In this document: positions 11,874 through 25,300 of the stretch, piece after piece
How positions within the stretch are numbered: position 1 is the first letter of the stretch
Layout: each line of letters begins with the position of its first letter
Source: Fimbriosthenelais zetlandica
Taxonomy: Eukaryota
DNA length: 64,000 bases
Reading direction: 5' to 3'
NCBI GenBank assembly: GCA_977030845.1
Contig: OZ365115.1
Coordinates: 9,238,001 to 9,302,000, forward strand
Made by a program: the position numbers and the translations under genes
Notes under the pieces: generated by a model
Seen by the model: the letters and a program-made list of their open reading frames with translations, nothing else
What the model was told of the DNA's origin: nothing
Database searches by the model: none

Positions 11874-12166
11874 TCAGCTTTGTGAGCACGCGCTCTGACT
11901 CGAGTCACCATTACTCATTGTGTCTTCGCATACTACCCCCTGAAACTTGTGATACCTTCTGCGGGCATTCATGAAGAAATTGGCAACCGTTGAAACTTCC
12001 AGACCCAGTTGCTTCGCTATGGTTGCCTGCATCTCCTTGGACGGTCGCTTGGTCTCCTTGAAGATAGCGTGGAGTGTTCTACGCTGGATGTCAGTGAACA
12101 CCAGTCGCGGCTTCTTCGGCGTGCGTTCTTTAGGCTGCTGCTGCTCCTGTTCTTTCTGTTTGCACG
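11874..12166 (-). CDS. onecut: ONECUT/HNF6-class homeobox gene, distal terminal coding exon B (linker + homeodomain + C-terminal tail); partial CDS
   Basis: Acceptor tgtcttctgtgctgtctttgcag|CG TGC AAA (phase 1). Translates (A)CKQKEQEQQQPKERTPKKPRLVFTDIQRRTLHAIFKETKRPSKEMQATIAKQLGLEVSTVANFFMNARRRYHKFQGVVCEDTMSNGDSSQSACSQS*. F48/M50 (NFFMNARRR) is diagnostic of ONECUT homeodomains. Confidence 0.93.
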
Positions 12167-13063
12167 CTGCAAAGACAGCACAGAAGACACATTGGTAAGA
12201 GGGGGACAGGAATGTCTTTATATGGAGATGAACCCAATAGATATGTATGATAATACATACATGAATAAACCTGGCTCAAAAGAGGAGCCCAGCTACACAA
12301 ACCAGGTGGTTCTCTGGAATGATAAAGTGGTGCCACCAAGTGTCATCATCATCATGACCATCACCAGCTACTTTAGTCATTCTCACATCAGAGTCATATC
12401 ATCATCATCGTCATTATCGCTGTCAATGTCATTATGGTTATAGCGATCACAGGGACCATGCACCAAGAAACCAAATGATTTTGTATAGAGTGACCTGCCT
12501 ATTGCCTTTGATATCTATATATACTGGTCACGGCAACAGCTTCCGGTCCACCTGGGAGAATCACACCACCACTCGTTGTCACAACACTAAGTAAAACTGT
12601 TGACAAAAAGTTCCTGACACTGAAGACTTTGTCGGCCGGTTTCAGTTTGAATTCGTTGTTAACTCCACATGATTGTTCATCAGTGTATACATAGTCATCA
12701 CCATCTTTAGTTGGTAGTAAATCGAGATCAAGGACAAATGCTGTGTACTCAGTAAGTCATACACAGTAACCACCATCAGTATCATTATTATTAATCACAT
12801 TTCACCATCAATAATAATAACAATAATGATAATCCTAGATATGCTGTCAGTTTGGTTTAGTTCAAAATTGTGATGGCATCATCATGTATCGTCAGTGACA
12901 TCATACATCACTTGAGCATGCCCTGTGACGTATGATACCTCTTGACGGACACATGGCCGGTATCATGCATGCATACACTGCCTTATTATCAAGTAGAAGT
13001 AGAGGGGGGAGAGGGTGGTGATTAACAAGGAGAATAAGAAGGGGAAGAGGTCTGAAGACACAA

Positions 13064-13377
13064 TCAGTTCTGCTGTGAGAGGCTGGTTGTGTCTGACATC
13101 ATCATGGCTTCTTGTGTCATTCGCTGTGATGCTTGTGGTTCATCCTCCATGTATTTGTCTACTGACCGCCTGCGAGCATTCATGAAAAAGTTGGCAACAG
13201 TAGAGACTTTGAGTCCGAGTTGCTCAGCTATGGTCGTTTGCATCTCCTTGGTGGGCCGCTTGGTTTCTTTGTAAATGGCCATCAGGGTGCGCCTTTGTAT
13301 ATCAGTGAACACGAGACGCGGCTTCTTGGGCCCCGGGTTCTCCTGGCGGGGAAGATCATGGTCTTTCCGCTTGCATG
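13064..13377 (-). CDS. onecut: ONECUT/HNF6-class homeobox gene, proximal terminal coding exon A (linker + homeodomain + C-terminal tail); partial CDS
   Basis: Acceptor ttcatttccctttttgcag|CA TGC AAG (phase 1). Translates (A)CKRKDHDLPRQENPGPKKPRLVFTDIQRRTLMAIYKETKRPTKEMQTTIAEQLGLKVSTVANFFMNARRRSVDKYMEDEPQASQRMTQEAMMMSDTTSLSQQN*. The ACKRK start matches the conserved ONECUT intron position just after the CUT domain. Confidence 0.93.
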
Positions 13378-16300
13378 CTGCAAAAAGGGAAATGAAGGCT
13401 AATGTCAAGAAGAAGAAGAAAAAATGACTAAAAATGGAAGGTTTTTATTATTCGGTACTTTAGAAATCATAATGAGAATGTTGGTAGAAGTCATCTCTTT
13501 TGGCGGCCCTAGGAGAAAAGAAATACTAAATGGGCACTCATCTCAAATTATTCTTCTGTTAATATTTTTTGTTAATATTACATTTCTTGTCAATTTTGAT
13601 TGTATCTGATAGAACATGACTTTAAATATCAACTCATCTTGGTGTTAAATTTTGGATATATTTCAACACTTCTATATCATTCAAGTTCATATTATTATTA
13701 TTATCAAAACTTGTGCATAAGTTGGAGGAAAGTAATTGCATTGTTTGCCTAGGGTTTCATGGAAAGGTAGAGCACAAAGATGAGAGGGTCTGGCCACTAG
13801 AGTCTAAAGACAATTTAGACAACTTGCAGGAAAGAAGTGCAAAACTTGATTCGGCTATGTATATATAGAGAGTTTGCTGAGACAAAAAAGCTCTTGTCAA
13901 GGAAGTTGCTTAACTGTATATGAAATAAGTGCCCTTAATGAGATAATGGTAATTACTAGACTATGGGTGCAACACACTCAGACAGAGAGGAATGGCCAGT
14001 AACTCGGAGCAGGAAAGGAAGTGATAATGAACATAATTGGTTCATACTAGAACTGTATTTGGGTTAATTTCTAAAACTGAAAAACCGATTTCACAAATTT
14101 TCTAAAAGAATACTTCTAAGGGTTATCACTTCTGAATCCAGCTCTTTTTTACTGACCATTCACTCCTGAATACAGGTAAAAATTCACACACATATATACA
14201 GTAGAAGACAACGAGGCATGGAGAGTTTGTAACAAAGAAAGTGAAACATACAGTGTGTAAAAATGTCAACATTATTAACACCATGGTCATGGATTATGAG
14301 TCATGAAAAGCGAAGCTGACATTTGGATATATATATAACAACAAAAGCACACGACGATAGTGTGCAGTATTCAAAGAAGAGACAATGATTCATCATAAGA
14401 GAGATGGTTACACAGTTGACCTTATTAGATATTAGCAAGGATTTCGCAAATCCACAATGACATAGTTTTGCCTGGTGAATTAGTATTGAAAATTTCCAGT
14501 GAGAATTTTAAATATAGCTCCATGGACCTGCTTCAGAGAATATGAGATATGATGTTGACTCAAATGATATGGAATTAATTATAAGGATGAAAATGATATA
14601 CCTTCACATGGATTGAAACTATATAGGTTTTGACAATTAAAGAGGTTATTTTTATGAGGTGAAGGGTTCAAAATAATAGCAGAGGGTTCTATGACATTAG
14701 GAATGTAAATTGCCTATCTATTGCAGGCTGGTAAAGAGGCGATTACAGAGATGAGTGGGGAAGCTTTCAGAAGGCATTTTGTGAGCAATTGAAGCCATTC
14801 TATGTACTGTCTCTCCCTTCCTCGTCTCATTGGTTAGCCATGCAAACTCGGACAGGGAGGTATCATTATCTGGGGCGTTGTTGCTGGGGATCAGTCATTA
14901 TCAAATGGGCATCCCTCTCATTTGCCTCTAATAGGGCATGCTCCCTGAGCTTCTCATGCCTTATCCCCCCATTCGCTCCCTACATCACTTCCCAACCCAT
15001 CTTTCCCTTTCAAACAACTGAGATTGCATGAATTTTTCCATATGATTCCATTGCAGCATGGATTTAATTGACAAAGGAACACAATTTGATAACGCAGTAA
15101 TGTTAATAACATTGTAAATAAAATGACTTAATATCCGTTCCCGTACACCAAAAGCATGCATAGAAATGAATAGAGAGAAGGCATTGAAAGAAGTATAACC
15201 ATAAGCAAAGTCAGGGGCTGAAATTAAACCACCACAACCCCTATATCTTAAATCACCAGCCCCTCTCTACCCAACCCCGCCTCTTACCTCCCGAGGGAGA
15301 AACTAGCAAAATAAAGAATTAACTCGCTGCCCTCAGGCCGAGCCAAATCTTCACCCCGTGGGCTGACTAAACGCTTTGATAAATTTTTCACCGCCCTGTC
15401 CCCGCGGTACAATTTGTCGGAGCCGCATGACAAGAGGCTAACTGGGCAACGCTAGAGCCATTAAAGGTCCGCCTAGGATCGGCAGAACGGGCCTCCAATC
15501 TAGCGCCTATCTATCAGATTATGGTCCCACCTAACCACACCCGGAGCCCCCTACCTTCAGCCTATCATGGCTTCATTCTACAGGACAATTCTTCTCAGTC
15601 ACCACGTCCAAATTAAACATCAGTTATAAGGATGCCCTTGCTGCACTTCTATAGCAAAATGGATGTTTTCCGCACACATGTACTTCGAACAAATGTTTGA
15701 GAAAGATGAATAGTTTTATCATCCCAATGTCCTCTGTCATTCACACAGATACAGCTGTGTTTACCCCAATAGTAAATAGTTATTGATTTGATCATCTACC
15801 AATTTACCACCGAAATAGGACGAGATTCTCCCACAAATAAAAATGTCTAAAATCTAATGAAACTGAACAGGAAAGTAAGCATTGTTATCGACAGTTCATT
15901 ACCTGACTGATGGATCGTTTGTAAACACCTGCCTTTAGTCAGATACAGGTGTTGCTAAGGGATACTTCAATGGAATAATGAATTTGAAGGCTTCAAATAT
16001 ATTCCATGCTTTAAGTCAGAGGTACCATATCCTGGCATTCTCCACAGTGACACAAGTAAAGAAACGGTCCATACTCCTCCAGTATGAGAACACCCTCCCC
16101 CAACGCACCCCACCCCCACCTCCTGGCCCTAACCGGGGGCATATTTCAGAAAAGTAATTACATGGATAGAAGGGCAATCCCCGACCGGGGTTAGGTAGGC
16201 CTGGCCCCCTGGCCCTCCCGGTCTAAATCACCCACCCGACCACGCCCCTCCCCCACCCTATCCTCCTCCTATCCTCCACCCCAAAGGATTTTACTATAAC

Positions 16301-19300
16301 TCACAGCCATAAGAACCCCATCTGGCAGGGTGGAGAGTGGCGAGTGGCATAGCCCTGCCTCACACACAGGACAAAACTATTGACTCCCACTGCTTAAAAA
16401 ACAGAAAATATAAATGTCCTCTAACGGCTGTGGCTATTGGCTTTACGGCTGCTGTATACAGTCATAAAGTGTGGTTGAAATAGGCTGTGGGGATCAGGTA
16501 TTTAAAAGATGCACCAATACATCGCCATCTTCTCCTGATCAACATGAACCACGATAAAACTAGGCCCGACTTAGTTGAAAAAAAATACAAACGACTGTTT
16601 CTTTGAGATAATTCATTTTCTTTTCTAATTTATAATAATAATCAAAACATAATGTACTCTTTTTCAGAATCTTCAGTATTTGCCGTGTCTAAAATGTTAC
16701 ATTTTCACATTTCTCCTGTTCAGGATCCGAACTTTGTAGTGTAAATAGGTGAGGGTATTCCCTAAATGGCACTTAGCTGGGGGCGGATTCTAATGAACAT
16801 TAGTCAAGACACTGTCAAGATAGGGTCAAGTAACTCGAGGCTATAACTGGCAAACATTTCAATCCAAATTCTGAATTTCAATGCCATTAAACTTATGAAA
16901 TGCTTTAAGTAAATATAGACTGGGGTTCACTTGCATAGGTTTTACATCATGCTTTGTCATGAAGGAGCCTATATGCTGTTGCATTGGAAACGTGGTGACT
17001 AAAGTTATGAAGTGACAATGATTAGAGTTTTAGCATTAGAAGACGCTCTGAGCTGTTGATTTTATGGAATGAATTCATCAGAGATTGCCACAGGACACAT
17101 AATACGGGATATTGACATCTCTAGCTAGGCAACATCCTAAAATATGACACCAAACGACTATGTACAGATCCCCATTCTCTAAATTCTACTCTAACTCACT
17201 GACATATTCACTCCTTCCAGTGACACTCAGAAACTCTGAAGCTATACTGTGGAATCACACTGATTCCCTCAATAGCTTTATTGAACAGTAATTGAGTTGT
17301 GTCGGAGCATCTGTTTCTCTAGCTCCTGTCTTCGATTTGTCCTCATTTTTTCTCCTTCACGATGGCCAGATTAACACCTGCGGGAGAGGCGCACGTCTTC
17401 ATTCCCCGGACGACTCACAGCCCAGCCTCCGCGCGGAAAAGTAGTTCCTACAAATGGCGGCCAGCCGTGGGCTACACTCGCCTGCTATGTGAGCTAGCGT
17501 GTGGCTGAATGAGTATTCTTCAAGGTCTTTATGGCCTGATTCAAGCTCAAGATTCCTTCACTTTAGTTCAAGGTGTAATTATGGAGAGTTCATATAAATT
17601 TGAGGACTTTAGCAGATTGCATAGAGGCTATATAATCTCTTCTTTGTAACAAACAAGGTATGTTAAAGATATACTTCTCATTTGGTTCTAATAGGGCATA
17701 CTCGCTCCGGCCTCTACATCCTATTTCCCATGTCTTCATTGTTGGATTGTATCTTTTCACTAGACAACACTAGAGCAAAAGTTTGACGAAGGAACATAGA
17801 TTGTTAACCATCAGGAAACTTGAGGTTTGAAAGTCAACCACCAACAAGCAGTGTAGATGAAGGCGTAGGTGATGGAAAGGCAAGCTGTAACAAACTGTTA
17901 CATGATAGAACGAAGCCAGAGTGAGAGATACGAGACCTCTCTACGGCCATCTCTTGATCCCGCCCACATTCGGGAGTGACATGCTTGAATAGGCCTAGAC
18001 AGGAAATCAATGCTCTCTGACATTGGTATACTTTCCTGCCAAAATTCACAACGCATTGTCATCCGCACATTGAAACAACTTCAGAAAGAAAGAGAGGCAG
18101 AAAGGGAGAGATTCACAGCCGATCACAGCCATCAGATATGAGGGGAAAAACATAGAGAAAATATTGAAAAATACTCTTTCAGTTGCGGGAAGGAGGGATT
18201 AATATGAAGTTGGAATACGAAAGCGCAAAATGGAGCTCAAACGCCATTCCACGATACAACAGAGTAGCAGAATGAGGGGCCTGTAATCCCTTTGATTCCA
18301 ACAGTTAACGACCATAACACAGTGATTACAAACTCGTCATTGTAATTTCCACATCCATTAAAATCCCATTAAAAACGAGCCGAGAGGGAAAGCATTTGAA
18401 CTGAATTAGAAAAATTTTCCAAGCTGGGGCGATTGGAGCTTGGGAGTTTTGGCTGTAAACGAGCATTAGAATCACGCTAGCGTTCACATCGGGAAGTGAC
18501 AGTGCACGCGTGCTGCGATGAGCAAGCAAATAAAAAAAAGGCTTCGCTCCACTGTGCTGCCATTTTTTCCTCTCTCTCCACATTCTGTCGCAGCGACTTG
18601 CGTACTCTTGTCTGAAGAGCGGCAGCTGATGATTCTGATTGGCCTGAATTACAAATAAAACGCCTCCCAATCCTTTTATCACAAATCCTCTCTGTCTCTC
18701 TGGTGTGTGAATGGTTTTTTTTCTGCCCTAAAATCCCGCTTTTTCCTCGCCTCCCGAGAATAGCGGGTCATGCTTTAAATGTCTTGTTGCTTAGTTCAAT
18801 TAAGCAGACAATGGAAGGGAATCCTCTCCTCTCCACAGGGACTTATTCTGATGTAAATTACTGTAAAGAAAATATAGTGTTAAAAACTTTAAAATCCCTC
18901 CCTTTTCACGAAAACTTCACATATCCCCTTTCTCCCTTATAGCTGGGTATGAAAGCTACCAGCGAGTGTTCTACGCTGTCTTAAGTGGATAACTAAGTTT
19001 ACATCAACATCCTCTGGTTTCTAAAGGACGATTGTCATCCAAGGAATACACATATATACTCCAAAAGGAGCTGAATCTGAAGCATTGGCTTTACTTTAAA
19101 CTTCTAAATACCCACAAGTATTTTCTCTCGAGTAGTTTCAAGCCAGCCTTTACTGTCGTCTAACCTTTTAGCTTCTAATGCATAAATGCATACTAAACTT
19201 TAGTGATATATCCTCATCTTCAGGATACCAATCCACTGAGGACGTTTATGTTAAGTAAGTACAAAGCTTGAGTCAAGTGATGTTGATATGATCTCTTCAA

Positions 19301-22300
19301 GGTGGTTATTATATGCTCTAGTTTTATGTTTCTGATCCATCATCTCAAAGAACTAAAAGATACTGTAGCATCTACACCACAAGACAGGTTTCTCTCCTAG
19401 GTTTACATCCAGCCCCTAACCACAGTTCCCCCGACCGCACAAGACTAGTACACATGAAATTCCATCCCTTTGTCATGGAGCAATAGTCCATTGATTGGCC
19501 CTATCCTTAACAATGTCTTGATATTTGCATGAGTAAATTTAATGCCCATGCATCAAACAGACATTGTACTTACTGCGGGTGTGGAACTACAATTCCAAAC
19601 TTCAATTTCATTTATCACGGTTTTTGAATCTTGGAGGTATACTAAGGGAATATAAATGGTAGATCTGGATGACAGGTATAAGGCATCTACACCTGGGTGA
19701 AATATAACTTGTCCAAGCTATATAACCCCACACCTCGGTTCAGCACCTCCGCGCATCCGATGGCTATCAATATTGCACTAGGACTCACACTAGGGTAGAC
19801 ATAGGCCAGTGAGGGAACGAGCCAAGTGAAAGAAAGTGCATCATGGTTTATGAATTGTCACCAACGTAAAACATGACCTACAAAGAGGTACTCGGGGAAG
19901 TACCTTCTAAAAAACATAGCACCCGAAGGCTTTATGATACTCTTTGATTCACAGCGCACTTCTGACATGAATTAAAATGAACATTTAATAACGCATTCAT
20001 GGACTGTACCTAGGGTTATGGCACTATTTGGTTATGTCCCCTCATCTAGGGGGGCTTTATTTGTCACCTAGTTCCCTGTCCAAACCCGGGGGTCTTGTAT
20101 TCACCAACCGTCTCCATGGCGACTGCAAACATGGCCGCCGATTGGAGGCCTATGATGATCTAGTCGCACCTGAGTAGTAGGACCATACTCCCTTTAACGC
20201 TCCCTCTCTCCCCTTCAAGTCCACCTTGTGTCAACTATCCCAGGTAGAAGTGATACGTTTTGGGTGTTGGACGCATACTACGCGTGTGTTTGTTGGCAGT
20301 GGAATTGGGGCGTTGGACCATGTAATGTGAAGTCCTTATACAGCCAGTAGACTGTGGTAGTGGTAGTAGACTCAGTCATGGGACTGGCGTCGACTGTCTT
20401 GTATTAGACTGTTTTTGTGTGAGCACCTGTGAGCAAACTCAACAAACTCCAGGTGTGGCACACAGAGGAAAACTCTCATGGGCTTGTGTGGATGGGAAGG
20501 GGTCGACATGAGGAAAGACTGGAGTTTGTAATCAATATAATTCCTACATTAAATATACAACACATAACTTTGTTATAAAAGATGGAAAGGAACTTTCAAG
20601 TTCATCCATGTTGAAATGGTTTTCTTTTGTTGAAGGCTCTAAACTGGAAAACTCCTAAATCTTGCATCGGGGCATAGTTAAAAATGAACCCAATAGGCAG
20701 AGATAAATTAGAGCCAACTAGAGGAACAGGACCATTCTGACATAATGAATGAACCAAGCCCCGTGTCCAGTCAGTCTACTTATAAACAAACCCCCAATCA
20801 AGCACCATGATTCAGACACCAAGCTGCCTAGGTCACCGACCACTGGTCATTCAATGGTCAAACCACGACAGGGTAATGGTCATCCCCTGGATCGGACACC
20901 CCATCAGGCTGAGGACAATGTGTGTTTAGTGTCACACAACTGTCAACTTCAGCGCCCTCCAGTGTCACTACCTGTCACTAACGTCATAGATCAAGGACCT
21001 TGGAAGGGCATTGTGGAGTGAAGGGCTATGTGTGGGTCTTTAATCTCCCCCAGGTTTGGTATTAACTCAACTAGCCACCTGATGAGGGCCATGTTCTGGG
21101 CAACTCTGGGCTTTAGTGGTCTATTTTCCCAGAGGAAATATTGCATTCTCGCAAGGACAAGCTGGTTTGGGAAATGTACCATTTCACGGCACAATATCCT
21201 GGGATTTTCAAGTTACACGTCTTTCTTTACAAGAACTCAGTTCATTCCCTCTCAAATGTGAAATTAATTCTCAATGAGGAGAAATTCAAATATGTTGATA
21301 AAGATCAGAAAAAATGCATGAAGATTCCCATGGCAATTGGCTGTTATGAGCATTCTTCAGTTAAAAACAAACGGACAAGAAAAAAGCATTTGATGGTGAT
21401 CGTGCGATGCACAATCACTCACTTTAAGGCAATTATTGTCCAACACATTCTTTGTACAACATAATCGGTTCAAGGGATTCTCTCCAAATGCCAGCTGTTG
21501 AAATGCTTTCCCCTCACCTACTTTAGATTTTCTCCCATCAGGAATAAAAACACATTTAAAAAATAAGAACAAAAGAAAGGAGTCTGCCCACATGTTTAAT
21601 CTCACAGTCTCCCTACCACCCTGGAGCATCGCCTGCGACAGGGAGAGGCTGATCACATCTTAAATTCCCCACTTTGTTGAGACTTGCTGAGACTCTGTGA
21701 AGGGTGAAAAGCTCCTTTCTGTTGTGGCGTAAGGTCTGGAATTGCCTGCACACATGGCTTGCAGTTTGTGGGTGAGTAAGAGTGGTGGGTGGGTTGAATG
21801 TGTGATCCTAGAATGTGTAAGAGTGAATTGGAGTGGTCTTGGTAAGAAGTGCTAGGCTGAGCTTACATTTCATTGTAAGTTGCCGGAGGGCCAGAGCATC
21901 CCGTTGCGGGATGCATCTACAGAGATGGGAGCAAGGATGCAGCCTTGGGGCACACCACCTCCACCACAGTGGTGCCTCAATTTGTACGATCCTATCTTCC
22001 ATGAACCACTTCTGGAGGGAGGCAGTAGTCTATTGCCCGAGACAGATGGCTCAGGTCCCTCAGCTCACCTCCCTTTAAATGCAAGTCCCCACACAGAGTG
22101 CACCTCAAGGTAAACTCTGATGAAACAAATTGTTTGTCACCTTAGATTTGCAGGGATTAATTATGTCAGAGTAGTAGTTGATGTCCCAGAGCTATACACG
22201 CAGAGGAAAGAACCCTGAGATTCATCCCCAAACTGACGTATATCTTAAAATGGGAAGAAAACAAGAGAAGAACCTGACACAGACACAGTCTAAGCAGAAG

Positions 22301-25300
22301 CAATAAAGATAAGATTTGAAGGAGCAGTGATATAGAGAGGAGACAATAGGAAACATGGAGGAACAATTCATGAATGGAAGACATCTATAAGACTGCACAT
22401 GACTCTGTGGGGTCACAGCCCACCGCAGCAGCTCTTCCCTTTTTTTGCCCCCCTCAACGGAAGTGGTGAGGGTAATGTAGCGTGCCCTCATGGAGGGTGA
22501 GTGAATACCGGAAGTGCGTCAGCATGACAGGGCTGGACATGTGGGAGGTGAGGTGGAAGCTCCGGGCTGAGGAGGCCGGGGTGGAAATGCGGGGCAAGAA
22601 AGTGGGATGAGTGGTCAGTTACCCCGGCAACTTAACTCGCCACTGTCAAGTTCAGACAGCTGTGGTCACTACCCCAACCAGCCCACAAGCAGACAACTAT
22701 GAGAGTATGATGCCCGGATGACAAGGACATGGCCAGTTCATTTGTGAGATGCACACTCGCAGCAACTTCTTCAGATTGGGTGTCAGCGACGACAAATGGC
22801 GCCCTGCAATTGAAAGCGATGGCTCCTGATACTAAGTGCCGAATCATAGAGCACTAGCCCAGGTCCTGAGTCAACCACGCAAGTGGAACTCTCTTATGTG
22901 AAAGGCGCGAAAGGTCAACTGATGGATGAGAGCGAGTGTAGGTATTGGCAGAGGAGCCCAAATTGCATTGCACGTCATGTGAAAAATCAAATCTATGCAG
23001 TTTGGAGACCCGAAACAAAATCTACAGAGTGAAGGCAATCTGTAAATTGGCGAGTTTTGCTCCTGCCTTGTCTGAGCAAAATGCCAGATTTATCAGGTTT
23101 AGGTGCGAGCCCTAACCACGTTTACATTAATTGCAATGACAGTCAAGTAAATCCAGCGTGTCTGCTAGGCTGGGGGCACTCTACATGGGATTTGCTCCTC
23201 GCAAATTGTATTACCCAGATTCTGTTCCAGGGGTTAAACACCAAATTGACATTATGAAATTGAAACACACAAGTTTCAACGGCTGTCCTAATGGGATTCC
23301 TCCCGTGACAAATTGAAATACGTTGTGGCATCTGTGGGCCTAATTGCCATTAAAGCTACAGAGCTTTCTTGTAAGGCATAACAAGTGAAGGACCCAAGAA
23401 GAACCCTCAAGTGTTTACCTACAAATTTGTACCTCAAACACGATATACATACTAATGATCTAAGTGAATATAGTACTTATATACTTCAATAGTTACAATT
23501 GAACATTTGATCAAATTGTCCTAGAGTAATGATGGAATTTTCTTGGGAGACACAGTATGTCACAGTATTGGGAATAAGTTGCGTCCCCTACAGGGAAGGC
23601 TACTCAGGAGAGGGCAGGTCTTGTGGGGACAACACGTTTGGAGCTTGGTGGCAAATTGTGAGCAGGGCCTTGGGAGTGACCAGGCGCCTACGGAGCCTAA
23701 TTCTAATTACATTGGCAGCTGGTGAGCCACTCGCCTGGATCCCAATCACATCGGAGTGGCTCGAGAAGACATCTTGAGGAAATTCTCAAGTTCAACGTGA
23801 CAGGATCACTGGCTGGCTTGTCGGCAGGGTCAGGGGCTGGAGAGGGCCAGAAGGCGTACTCTATCCAAGAACAGGGGCCAAGATTGGCTGACAAAGGGCT
23901 TGCCATCCCACTTGTATCTGTGACCAGTATATCATTAAACCTGCTCTCCAGATTAAAAAAATAAAAATCTGAAAAGTTTGCAATATCATCACGGTACAGG
24001 ATCTACTTTTCAATACGGCATGCACAATTCAGAAAATAAAACATTTCCTTACAAATTCCACATTCTTCCCAAATATGAAAATTAGGAATTTAGTTGATGA
24101 TCTTGACATTGAGAGAAGTTGGACATTGAGGAAAGTTGCAGATTGTTGTTTTCATACTCAAGGCTTGGTCGGAAAGTGCAGTGCTTGGGTGAGGAAAACA
24201 CACAAAATGCAAGGGTCAGAATCAGCAGCCTTGACTGTGAATAGATGTGGCGGTCTCTACACAGAAGGGGCTAATCTGTTAAAGGCCTGGCAGTATTAGT
24301 TTGCCGGGGGTTTGATCTATCTCTGCTGCGGTCATTTGACTTGCTAATACAGGTTGTTAGGGGCGAATAAAGATTGGCACCGGCTGGCTTGGCAGGGACA
24401 GGAAATCCGGGGTCTTAGAGCAACATATGACTGGAAGAGAGGGGCTAAAATGCCAGGTAATAAGCGCTTAGTGGTGAACATTGGGCCTGGAGTTATCACT
24501 TATGTTGTGGCAACACCCCCACTTTAACACCGTCCCCACATCCAAAACCTACCCCGACAGATTCATATCATCTATCGTGGCAAGGCGAGCCGTAGAGACG
24601 CAAATTAATCCTGACATGTTATATTAAAGTTATCACATTAGTGGGAATTGTTCCACAACAAATCACTTAATATCGCCCATGTTGGGATAAGCTGCCATAA
24701 CAGGAATTTGTATGAGGTGTTGACAGGCTGCTTGAAGGCAGGGAAGGGGTCGGGGGAAGGTCCCCGGTTATAAAAGGTTCGCACATCATTTATATTCGTA
24801 GAATACAACTCGCTGTCAATTTATGCAATGACGGTTTACTCCGGGTGACATATAAGGAAAAATGCCAGCTAGAGAATACCGATCAGAATATTCCCCACGG
24901 AATATGGTGATTTTTCCAGGGTAAAAGGGATATTTACCAAGGTAAGTCTGACATTCAAATGTCTGCAACAGGGATGGCACGTCCGCAATTAAATGAAACA
25001 AGGACTCCTTAAAAACCATGTCTATACACAGTGTAAAGGAAACCTAGTCTGACGGCCATAATTTTTAGTAGACCTGACACATTCTCGGCCGCTAAAAAGT
25101 GCCATAGTCATCCACTTGTATAATCTGGGGAGTGCTTAATTAATTATGACATCTCCCTGTGTCTGAATGCAGTCTCCAGTCCCCTTCCATTCTCTCCTTG
25201 CAATTCAATAGTAAAATACCTCGTCTCTAGTTGCGTCTTTCAGACTTCCCCTACAGGCTAGCATCGGGAGACACACCGTATCGACCTACATAGAGGCTGG

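Noticed and set aside
12130-13180. In-frame double-homeodomain protein by splicing exon A into exon B
   Set aside because: Exon B needs a phase-1 donor. After the A homeodomain the only GT dinucleotides are phase 2 (CG|GTCAGT, AT|GTCAG) or phase 0 (TCA|GTAG). Using CG|GTCAGT would give a frameshifted ...NARRRVQTERTGAAAA* tail, not a second homeodomain.
19739-19747. REST/RE1 left half-site TTCAGCACC
   Set aside because: The GGACAG right half is absent.
20017-20027. miR-183-like 5' sequence TATGGCACTAT
   Set aside because: The match stops after 11 nt and I could not fold a pre-miRNA hairpin.
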